Shown here in pieces: positions 7,556-17,400 of a stretch of DNA of 64,000 nucleotides. The stretch is taken from positions 8,704 to 72,703 of IMG/VR virus record IMGVR_UViG_3300032295_003392; one strand, 5' to 3'. The notes under the pieces are model-generated. The model was not told the origin of the DNA. It ran no database searches and saw nothing but the letters and a program-made list of their open reading frames with translations. This DNA is from a virus (taxonomy: Duplodnaviria; Caudoviricetes). Numbering within the stretch: position 1 is the stretch's first letter; each line of letters opens with the position of its first letter. The position numbers and the translations under genes were made by a program.

Positions 7556-9292
7556 ATGATTATTGAAGAAATAGGCATTAGAGGTTTTAAGAGTTTCGGT
7601 AATAACGAACAAACACTAAAACTAAACAGTGATAGTGGTGAGTTAATTTTATTAACTGGTTCGAATGGAAACGGTAAGAGTAGTTTTATCGAAAGTTTCG
7701 AATATGTCCTTTATGGGAAAGTAAAGTCTATGAAAAAGAAAAAATGGGCGACATTATCTACTCTTCCAAATAGAATTAACGGTGAGTTACAAAACCGAAT
7801 AAAGTTTATTTCAAACGGCACTCAAGTGGAAGTCGTTAGAGGTATTTCACCCAATACTTTAAAGCTCACCGAAAATGGTATAGAGAACGACAGGGCTGGG
7901 AAAGCAAACCTTGATGAGAAAATAGAAAACTATATCGGAATGGATATTGAAACTTTCAAGTCATTTATATCCATGTCTATTAACGATTTCAAGAACTTTA
8001 TTAGCTTATCAAATGATGAGAAACAAATGTTACTTGACAAACTCTTCAACCTTGAGGTTATTAATATTCTCAATCAAATACTAAAAGATTTAGTTAAGAC
8101 AAACAAGATTCAACTAGCAAAACATGACTCTGAAATCAATACACTAAATGATTCCATCCAAAGGATAAAGTTGTCTATTGATAAGGCTATTGAAAAGGAA
8201 AAACTCAATATCCAATCCGAAATTGATGAAATCAAACTACAAATCGATTCTAGGAAAGATGAATATCAGAAACTAAAGAAAAAGGTTGAAAAAATAAAAG
8301 AAAAAGAAAATCAACTCAAATCTGAACTCGATAATGAAAGAGAACAATATTCAAAGATTGGACATGAGATAAAATCCGCTCAGAAAGATATTGACCTTTA
8401 TAATTCTGGAAAATGTCCGACTTGCGCAACTGATTTTCTAAATGAACATTTCGAAGGTCTCAAACAAACTCTCATTGAAAAGAAATCAACCCTTGATACA
8501 ATTAAAAAGGAGATTGAGGACAATATGAGGTCTATCAGAGAAAAACAAACTAAACTCCAAGACATCTCAGAAAAAACAACAAAGTCATTCAACGACATCA
8601 CCTATCTTTTAAGAAACTATAAAACACAGATAGATAAACTCCAATCTCAAAAGGACAATGAATCTGGTAAATCAAATGTAAATATTCAAGAGTTCGAAAA
8701 GGCTATTGATGATTTACAAACTAAAAAGACAACAAGTTTCGACAATCAAACTGTATGCAAAGAAAAGGAAACCTATTATAAAGAACTGACTAAGGTATTT
8801 GGTGAAGATGGTGTTAAGAGGACAATTATCTCTGGCATCATCAAACCAATCAACCATTTCATCCAAGAAAACATAAGGAAAATGAATTTACCTTTTCAGG
8901 TAAAACTTGATGAAACTTTCACAGCAGAAATCAAACAGTTTAGCAATACTATTGAACATGATAGTCTGAGCACTGGTGAAACTAAAAAGTTAAATCTTTG
9001 CATTCTAATAGCCTACTTGAAACTAATAAGAACTAAGAAACATATTAACATTTTGTTCTTGGACGAGGTATTTTCAAGTATGGATATTGAATCATGTGAG
9101 TCTATTCTGAATCTCCTAAAGTCATTTGCTAATGAATATAAGATTAATATTTTTGTGGTACATCATGCTATATTAAACCAAGAGTTATTTGATAGGATTC
9201 TACAAATTGAAAAGGATATTTTCACTACGATTAATGAGGTATCAGTTGATGAGGAGGAAAAAGTCAGAGTTGGACACTATACAGTAGTATAG
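7556..9292 (+). CDS. SbcC/Rad50/T4 gp46-like recombination ATPase
   Basis: Walker A GSNGNGKSS, long coiled coil with a CPTC zinc hook, LSTGE signature, Walker B/D-loop LFLDEVFSSMD and H-loop. Confidence 0.92.
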   Translation: MIIEEIGIRGFKSFGNNEQTLKLNSDSGELILLTGSNGNGKSSFIESFEYVLYGKVKSMKKKKWATLSTLPNRINGELQNRIKFISNGTQVEVVRGISPNTLKLTENGIENDRAGKANLDEKIENYIGMDIETFKSFISMSINDFKNFISLSNDEKQMLLDKLFNLEVINILNQILKDLVKTNKIQLAKHDSEINTLNDSIQRIKLSIDKAIEKEKLNIQSEIDEIKLQIDSRKDEYQKLKKKVEKIKEKENQLKSELDNEREQYSKIGHEIKSAQKDIDLYNSGKCPTCATDFLNEHFEGLKQTLIEKKSTLDTIKKEIEDNMRSIREKQTKLQDISEKTTKSFNDITYLLRNYKTQIDKLQSQKDNESGKSNVNIQEFEKAIDDLQTKKTTSFDNQTVCKEKETYYKELTKVFGEDGVKRTIISGIIKPINHFIQENIRKMNLPFQVKLDETFTAEIKQFSNTIEHDSLSTGETKKLNLCILIAYLKLIRTKKHINILFLDEVFSSMDIESCESILNLLKSFANEYKINIFVVHHAILNQELFDRILQIEKDIFTTINEVSVDEEEKVRVGHYTVV

Positions 9293-9828
9293 AGGTTGTT
9301 TATTGGTAAGGTTTGAAGATCGAAAAGTTCAGAAGCTTCTTCAGAGAATTCATCTTCCACATATTCTAAAATCGCTTTTCTAAACTCCAAAGCATCTTTT
9401 CTATTTTGAAATAGGAAATTCTTTTCTTCTACTGGTCTACCTTGATTTTGAATTTGATATTCCAGGTCCATTTTAACAAACTTATCTGGACCAACAATAA
9501 TATCAATTTTAACTGTATTACCATAATCAGATTTCATCACAACCGTTATACCATTGTACTCAGATCTATAATTACCAGACGACCAATCTTCAAAGTCAGT
9601 TATAAAAAACTTACCAAGAAAATGTTCTCTATTGGGAAATTGGTTTTGAAAAACAAAAGGGTGTGGATAGATTCTATCAAAACCTTCTTTACCAGCAAAA
9701 GCACTTATACCTTTTTCAGCAGCGTGTTTTTTTAATTCCCCTGACCTCTTTTTATGTCCTTGTTCTAACTTATCTGCAGCAGACATATAAGTAGATTTAT
9801 AGAGTTCAAAAGTCATTATTTGTTTCAT
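9277..9828 (-). CDS. Hypothetical protein, possible internal head protein
   Basis: Starts MKQIMTFELY; preceded by TAATATATA. Confidence 0.65.
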   Translation of the reverse strand: MKQIMTFELYKSTYMSAADKLEQGHKKRSGELKKHAAEKGISAFAGKEGFDRIYPHPFVFQNQFPNREHFLGKFFITDFEDWSSGNYRSEYNGITVVMKSDYGNTVKIDIIVGPDKFVKMDLEYQIQNQGRPVEEKNFLFQNRKDALEFRKAILEYVEDEFSEEASELFDLQTLPINNLYTTV

Positions 9829-9833
9829 AAAAA

Positions 9834-9842
9834 TATATATTA
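9834..9842 (-). promoter_or_regulatory. TAATATATA motif (candidate late promoter)
   Basis: Exact 9-mer 5 nt before the ATG. Confidence 0.6.
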
Positions 9843-9844
9843 AA

Positions 9845-9869
9845 AACTAAAAATCTTTATTTAATATAA
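9845..9869 (+). promoter_or_regulatory. Candidate AAC-N17-TATAA promoter of the rpsU/dnaJ operon
   Basis: AACTAAAAATCTTTATTTAATATAA, 5 nt before the ATG. Confidence 0.35.
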
Positions 9870-9874
9870 GTTTT

Positions 9875-10132
9875 ATGAAAAATAAAAAAGTCATTCTGAA
9901 ATTTATTTTGATATTTCTTATAAGTTTTATTGTGACCGAACTTGTAGAACATATACTTAATCAATATTTTTGGTTTGATTTTAAGATGATGACTGTGGGG
10001 TGGTTTGGTCTTATGGTTTTCTATGGTTTCAAGTACCACATTATTTGTTGTTTATTTCCTGCTATTTGGGCTGGATATAAATGCAGACATAAATCTTGCG
10101 AACATGAATATTGTCATGATGAAAAAAAATAA
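9875..10132 (+). CDS. Small membrane protein with Cys/His-rich C-terminus
   Basis: Hydrophobic segments followed by CRHKSCEHEYCH. Confidence 0.6.
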   Translation: MKNKKVILKFILIFLISFIVTELVEHILNQYFWFDFKMMTVGWFGLMVFYGFKYHIICCLFPAIWAGYKCRHKSCEHEYCHDEKK

Positions 10133-10140
10133 ATTTATCT

Positions 10141-10485
10141 ATGGCTATTAAAAAACTAACAAATACAAGTGCTACTTGTGGAAATATTTTTCCTGGAACT
10201 AGCACCACTACCGCAAATCCTTACTATTGGGGAACTACGACTACAGGTACCTCAACAGGTGTTTCTAATCTAACTATTACCCCCAGTACTCTTGTATCAA
10301 ATAGTAATTCTATAAGTTGGAGTGATGGTGTTTTTATGAACTCAGATATTATTGAATATATAGATATATTCTATCAGTTTATGGGAATTGATATGGATTA
10401 TGTAAGGTTTTCTAAAATGACTAAAGAAGAAAAGAAAGGATTTATTAGAGACCTTAAACTACAAAAAATAATTGACGACAAATGA
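10141..10485 (+). CDS. Hypothetical protein with Thr/Ser-rich N-terminal half
   Basis: 114 aa; ends FIRDLKLQKIIDDK; overlaps the rpsU start by 4 nt. Confidence 0.65.
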   Translation: MAIKKLTNTSATCGNIFPGTSTTTANPYYWGTTTTGTSTGVSNLTITPSTLVSNSNSISWSDGVFMNSDIIEYIDIFYQFMGIDMDYVRFSKMTKEEKKGFIRDLKLQKIIDDK

Positions 10486-10676
10486 TTATAATTGAGGTAC
10501 AAGGTGGAAAAGATGGATTAGAAAAAGCCTTGAAAAAGTTTAAAAGAAAGTTCGATAAAATCGGCATTACAAAAGAACTCAGAAGAAGAAAAGAGTTTAC
10601 AAAACCCTCCGTTGAAAGAAGAAATGAAATCAAGAAAGCTAAGTGGAGGCAAATGAAACTAGATGAGTTAAATTAA
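10482..10676 (+). CDS. rpsU: Ribosomal protein bS21
   Basis: LEKALKKFKRKF...ELRRRKEFTKPSVERR signature. Confidence 0.92.
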   Translation: MIIIEVQGGKDGLEKALKKFKRKFDKIGITKELRRRKEFTKPSVERRNEIKKAKWRQMKLDELN

Positions 10677-10679
10677 TTT

Positions 10680-11417
10680 ATGGATATTAAGGAACATTTA
10701 GATAAAAATCTTTATGGTATCCTTGGTGTATCAAAGGATGCTACACTCAAAGAAATAAAAAAGGCTTATTACTCTTTGAGCAAGGTCTACCATCCTGACG
10801 CTAATAAAGAATCAGACCCATTAATATTTAATGAAATAACTATTGCTTACGACATTCTCAGTAATGAGGATAGAGAAGAGTGGGATAGGAAGAGTAAATG
10901 GGGTAAGGACTATGATGAATCCCAAGAGCTATTAGATTTTGAATTTGACACCTTGAAGAAAGGGTGGGATCCGGATATCTATGAGAACTGGAAAAGTGAA
11001 AACCAGTTAAATATACTTTTATATGTCGATAAAGATTTCAAAGGAAAAGTTGAATACGAAAGATATGTGAGTTGTAAGACCTGTTCTGGTAGTGGAAAAG
11101 ATTTAGATTCCAAAATAACTATCAGAGATGATGCAGGCAATGTTCTAAAAATATTTGAGGGTACTGATGGGTGTGACTTTTGCGAAGGTACTGGTAAAAG
11201 TTGGATAGGTCAAGATTGTAGTTTTTGTGGTGGGAAAGGAAAAGTTGGTAATGAAGATTGTAAAACCTGCAATGGTGAAAAAAGGATTCTTGGGAAACAA
11301 AAACTAAAAGGAATCAAAATAAAAAAGGGCGAAGAAGCTCACCAAGTCAAATTCATGGGAAATGTATCCAAGGAAGATAAGGATATATTCGGAGACCTAT
11401 GGGTTATTCTTCGCTGA
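10680..11417 (+). CDS. dnaJ: DnaJ-like co-chaperone (J domain + zinc finger, short C-terminus)
   Basis: LYGILGVSKDAT..EIKKAY...HPD; four CxxCxG-type repeats. Confidence 0.88.
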   Translation: MDIKEHLDKNLYGILGVSKDATLKEIKKAYYSLSKVYHPDANKESDPLIFNEITIAYDILSNEDREEWDRKSKWGKDYDESQELLDFEFDTLKKGWDPDIYENWKSENQLNILLYVDKDFKGKVEYERYVSCKTCSGSGKDLDSKITIRDDAGNVLKIFEGTDGCDFCEGTGKSWIGQDCSFCGGKGKVGNEDCKTCNGEKRILGKQKLKGIKIKKGEEAHQVKFMGNVSKEDKDIFGDLWVILR

Positions 11418-14400
11418 CCACATCGTCCCCTAAATCTATCTCCTCAAACGGTTCTGAGTAATTATTGGCGATTGAGGATTTACCCGGGGTTATTGAAATT
11501 CTATTTTGATTATTAATCACTCTGAAATCTATTCCCAAGTCAACGTTTCCTACAAAGTCAAAAGATGTGTCAGTGTAATCTATTATAGGAGCCACTGCAA
11601 CTATAGGATTTTTAACTGTCAAATCAATCGATGCCGTTGCCGATGGGTAATATTTGAAGAACGGAATCATATCCACCTCATATAATCCTATTCTTTTCAA
11701 TTGTATATTCATATTTGTTCTATAAATAACTGGGTCTGGGTTCTGATTAGTAAGTATATCTTGCACACCTATAGTAATATCAAGATTATTCAGGTTATAA
11801 AAATACTCTGATATGGATGTCGTAGATTGAAAGTTCTTAGGTACTAATGTCTGTTGTGGTTGTGTTGCTGTATCAACAAAGTCAAAAGAATATACACCAT
11901 TGAAATTTGGAATTGTCTTAGGGGTCTCCACATCAGCTCGGTAATACCTATTTTCGGGTAGATTTCTAACAAAAGTATTTTTTAGATAAATATTAAATCT
12001 ACCTCTCGATATTTTACCCGGAAAGGTTATATCAAGTACACCCAAAGAAGCTGTACTACTAAGGTTCGAAATCACAGTCATTTCTGTTACCCCACCATTA
12101 TTTAATTGATGGGGGGAATTCCATCCGGTTATACTATCAACGGAATAAGTCCAACCATTATTTGTTAGATTTAATAATCCCAAACTTGGTATGTTCGAGG
12201 CAAATGGTCTTTTGAACTGACCATAATCAACACCGGTTTCTTCATTAAATAGTTTATTAGAATATGCAACACCTTTTGTCCCTAACTTGTATTCAGTAAC
12301 AACATTCGTCCTACTATTTCTCAAGTATGATGTACTACTCAACACATCATCTGTAGCATACCCATTTAAGTTTGGAATTATAGCTTCTGTTTTTTTAGGT
12401 ATTTGTTGAGATTTAGTGCTTGTTCCATACAATATCACATCGAAATTTAAGTTTACTGATGAGTTTGTTCTATATACAACATCTATCCAGGATTGATAAG
12501 AGTTTGAAGGCGCCTGTGCCAAATTCTTATCTTTGAAAATAAAGTTCTGTATCAGTCCAGTATTATAACTAGGTAACCCATTGGATGTTGGGATATTTAT
12601 CGATTTGAAATGACCACCTTCGAAATATCCATCGACAAAATGTGAATCAAACATCTCTGTGGTAGATGGACTTCCTCTAAAAACACCATTAACCCAAACA
12701 CCTTGGAAAAAACCGTTCAAGAAAACACCGTTAAGCCATATATTCTGAGTCAAATATATCAGGTGATTAGTTGAATCTTTAACTATTTGCCTTATTTCAA
12801 AATTGGGCACGAACTCCAATGTAACTTGATTTAGGGCAACATTTATACTCCTAACTTTGAAACTTTGTCTCAATAATCTTCTCTTACCATTTATGTCAAT
12901 AGAGACTATATTACCAATAGAAATTCTTCTTGTAGTTGTTATTCTCGATACACCATCAAACAATTGAATAGTTATTATCCAAGTCGTGTTGTTTAATTTA
13001 TAAGTCTTTGATTGAACCACATCTGTTGCCCTAACCAAATCTTGAATGGTCAATGGAAACCAATCAGCGGACCTGTATCCATTATTCCACACACCATTTT
13101 CCCAAGTACCTGATTTGAAAATTCCATTTCCAAATTTCAATCCAACATCAGAACCATCAGATGATAGGGTTTGATACACCACATCTGGAGTAGATGGTAG
13201 ATTAACAGTTCGGTCTATTAAGTTTACCGATTCTTGTAGTATATTATTTAAGCTAGGGTGATATGTTATTATTTTTGTAGTAACTCTAGCATTTAAAATT
13301 CTCAGTATACCATTCGATTTTTTGGAAATGTAAAATTGTTTTCCAGATAAATCGACCGTATTATCCGTAGTAACATAATATGAAAATTTCAAACTATATA
13401 TCTTAGCATAATAATCATATATTTCTTGCCCATTTTTTGTATAATGATATTCATCACTATCAAGAGCGAATCTAGAGAATGACAATGATCCTACATATAC
13501 CTCCACCTCAACAGTTTTAGCTAACTCAACAGCAACGGATAATGTTACTGTATATTGTTGACCCACTTGGGTGAAGAACGAGGTTGTACCACCGGTAACC
13601 GCATAAAGATTAACAGACTCCGGCACATCGACCAGTGAAACAAATGTTGTTGGGTCATACCTACTGAAAATATTATAACCGTTTAATAAAGACCCTAGAT
13701 TGTAAGAATTCTGACCACCATAAGTTACAATATTATAATCCCTTGAAGTTTCTACCCTTGCAGGTACCTTTACTAAGTAAGAAATTCCACCTATTTCCAA
13801 ACTACCATTTTTTGTAGATTTGACCCGGTTAAATGTCCTCTCAATCTTCCAAGTTGACTTTAAAAGTGGACTTCCAGTAATACTAGCCTTTCTTGGTGAA
13901 GAAAATCCTCCTCCACCACTAATAGTATAGACCAAACCATCATAGGTTTCGGACTGAGAAAATGTCCACCCGGATGAGCCAGTAAGACCATCATTCCTGA
14001 CAAGAGTTTCAGCAGAGGCACTAAAAACATTTATCATGTGAAATGGCTCGTTAGTAAAAGATAATGTGGCACCAGTTGATTGTATAAATTCCGCACGATA
14101 GTCACCAACTTTCAAAAATATTTCCTTTTCCCTACCATCTATCATTGCATAAGTACCGGTTGCATCCAATGCAACTTTAGAAAAGTCATAAGGAGATCCA
14201 TCCCAATTGCCATTTCTCCAAGTACCATCCATCCAGAATATATTTTCAGCAGTTCCATATTCCCAAGTACCATTTTCCCATTTGGCACCGGACATATAAC
14301 CAGATTTAAATAAACCTCTTTTCCAATTTGAATACCAAAATGAACCCGTTTTAAAAATCCCATCGAACCACACAGCGTTTTCACCAAAAGTTGAATTTGA

Positions 14401-17400
14401 AAAACTACCAGTGAAATCTCTGTCTATGTACGGATTGAACACCCCACCATCAAATGTGCCTCTTCTGAAAGACCCATTCAACCATAAGGAATTCACTATA
14501 GAAGCACTGTCATGAGTAAATGTTCCACCCATCCACAAAACGTTCTCGAAAGCCGTCTGAACAGGTTGATTACCAATCTGAACCTCAATATCTTGACCAG
14601 CGTTAGTTCCTTCTTGGTCTGGCAACTCAGTTAGATTTTTCAAAACATAACCATCTTTCCAAATACCATAATATTCTGTTGTAAAACTATTGGCATAATC
14701 GAATTCATAAATAGAGGAACTGCTTGATATTATTCCAGATGTTGTACCACTTCCAAAAAATTTACCATTTGCAAAATAACCATTATTCCAAAATCTACCT
14801 GAGAAAATACCTGATATAAATCTACCACCATACCAAACTGAGTTTGCCGTCAAACCGCCATATCCGAAATCACCAGAGTTGAAATTACCAGCTTCCCATG
14901 AATAGTCGGTTGGGTTTGATGATGAATTTGTTGGACCAACATTTTCCCACCCATAGTAAGACCAGAATTTACCATTATTAAATGTACCATCCTTCCATCT
15001 CGCTAAATGTGTTATTCGGCTACCATTAAACTCACCATTGTACCATATTGTTTCATTTGAATCTGTTGCGCCATAACTGGTTAGTTCACCAGAATTAAAT
15101 ATACCATTATACCAATATACTTTTCCATAACCACCCATTAAAGCATTTTCAACGGTTCCTAATCTCCACAAAGATTGTGTCTCACCTATACTCAAATAGT
15201 TATAGTGCCCGAATGTAGTATCTTTGTAAGATAAATTGTTTCTTCCGAGTGTACCGTTTACCCAAGTACCCCCATAGAAATCGGAATAATAGAATTTACC
15301 ATTTAAAAAATCACCACCTAACCAAATAGAATTGAAAAACTCACCAGTCTGAAACTTTCCAGACAACCAACCCCTCCATATAACATTACTATCGAAACTA
15401 AGAGACTCACCAGTGTAATCCTCACCTTGATTCATCCCTCTTGAATTTATAACTCTACCACTTAGGAAATTACCATTTTGCCAGAAACCCGATGAGAAAA
15501 TTCCACTACTAAACGTACCACCATTCCAAATAGCACTATGTACTATTCCAGAATTAAAATTACCGTCGACAAAATGAGATTTGTAGATGACACCATCATT
15601 TATTGTCAAATTATTTGATTTGAAAATAATATTTATCAATCGTAAATTATTCAAATTGTTGGGTAATAAATCACTATCGAAATTATTAAATGATGGGTTA
15701 TCAAAGACAATATTTTTGAAAGATGACCTTTTGAAAAATCCAGAAATGATTGTGGAATTTTCGATTGAGAGTTTACTCAAAGTTGTATATGTATTAGTCT
15801 CTGCCCCAAATATTGAATAAGTGGCACCAAATTGTTTGAACGATTCAGTTGAAAATTGAGGTGTTATCGTTACAATCGTATTTGTGTTATTTCTTGATGG
15901 GGTATTAGTAACCAACCATCTTCCAGAAAGTGATACAGAATATGTACCATATAAATACTCAACAGAGTTTAACCAAACAGAGTCACCTCTTTTTATATCA
16001 AAACCTTGAGTGTCATGAGTCGAATCATATTTCCTGTTTCTTAAATAAACACTAAGTTGTGTATCGGAAAAATACTGAATATTCAATGACCCATTATTGT
16101 TATCAATAATATTACCAAAATAATTTTGATTATAACCACCTCTCCAAGTTGAGTTTATAAATAATCCACTCCTTATATCCGAAACTTTGATGTAATTCCC
16201 TTCAAATGCGCTTTTAGTATCATTTATAGGCAATTTGGTGAAATCCGAACCAAGAGATATTGAACTTGGTTTGTAAACTTTATTCGAGTTCAAATCAAGA
16301 TACCACCCAAATGAATCACTGTCTATATCTATGGAACTGTAATTTACTACATTTGGTACAGTAGTATGTTTTTTAAATATTTGTGGGGCTGTTATATAAT
16401 CTGTCAAAAATGTATTAGCATCAACAAAACCTGGATTCGTAAAATCCTCCGTACTGTTTAGACAAGCATATAAATAATTCAAGTCATCATTCGGTTCATA
16501 ACCCAAGACATAATCATCAACAGTATTTATTAATGTGGAATCATAAATGCCACTATATGTCCCCATTCTTTTCCAGGCATAATCTACAATAACTCCCAAA
16601 TCTTCACTACCTGGTATTGGATTACTATCTGTAAAACCTGTATATTTATAAATTGTATCTATGGAATTAGCAAGACCAAGAACATAACTACCCGAAGCGT
16701 AAACCCCAAATTCATCCCAGTTTCCGTTATAATTTTCAATTCTTTCCCAATACTGTATCGAATTTATAGTATCGACATTTGGATGAAAATACTCTGTTGT
16801 TACTTGTTCGGTTGTCTCTTCTACAAAAAATTTGGTTTTATTCACATTTATTGGTTTCAAGGAAACACTTATAACTGCCTTTCTATCTGGAGTATCAGGT
16901 GTGGTGTAAATTTCGTAATCATCATATAAATCCATCAAATACTTATTTTCAATCGACAAATGCACACGGTCATCCGAATTTAGATTTGTTAGAAAATAGT
17001 CTTTGTTTATTTTTTCGATGTAAAGAGAATCACCCTTTTCCAATCTAAGGAAATCTTTATCACTTATGTATAATTTTAAAACACCACGTATGGGTTCGAA
17101 ATCAGTACGGGTGTAATTAGCTAAGCTTGGTTCAAATGTTGGGTCATATGACCAAATATCAGCATCCAAAATTTCAATCCCTCCTTCGGAAATATACTGC
17201 GTATCATTCATCACCGAATCTATAAATTGGTTATTAACCAATTTCGATTTAAACACAACCGAATCTTTTATTATACTATCAGAAATGTTCGAATTTGCAA
17301 TGTTAGTTGTGTAGACATCACAAAAGTTTAATCTACTACCATCAGTCGTCACCGAATAGGTTAATCCATTCTCATAAAATTGTTCGATTATATTTGTACT

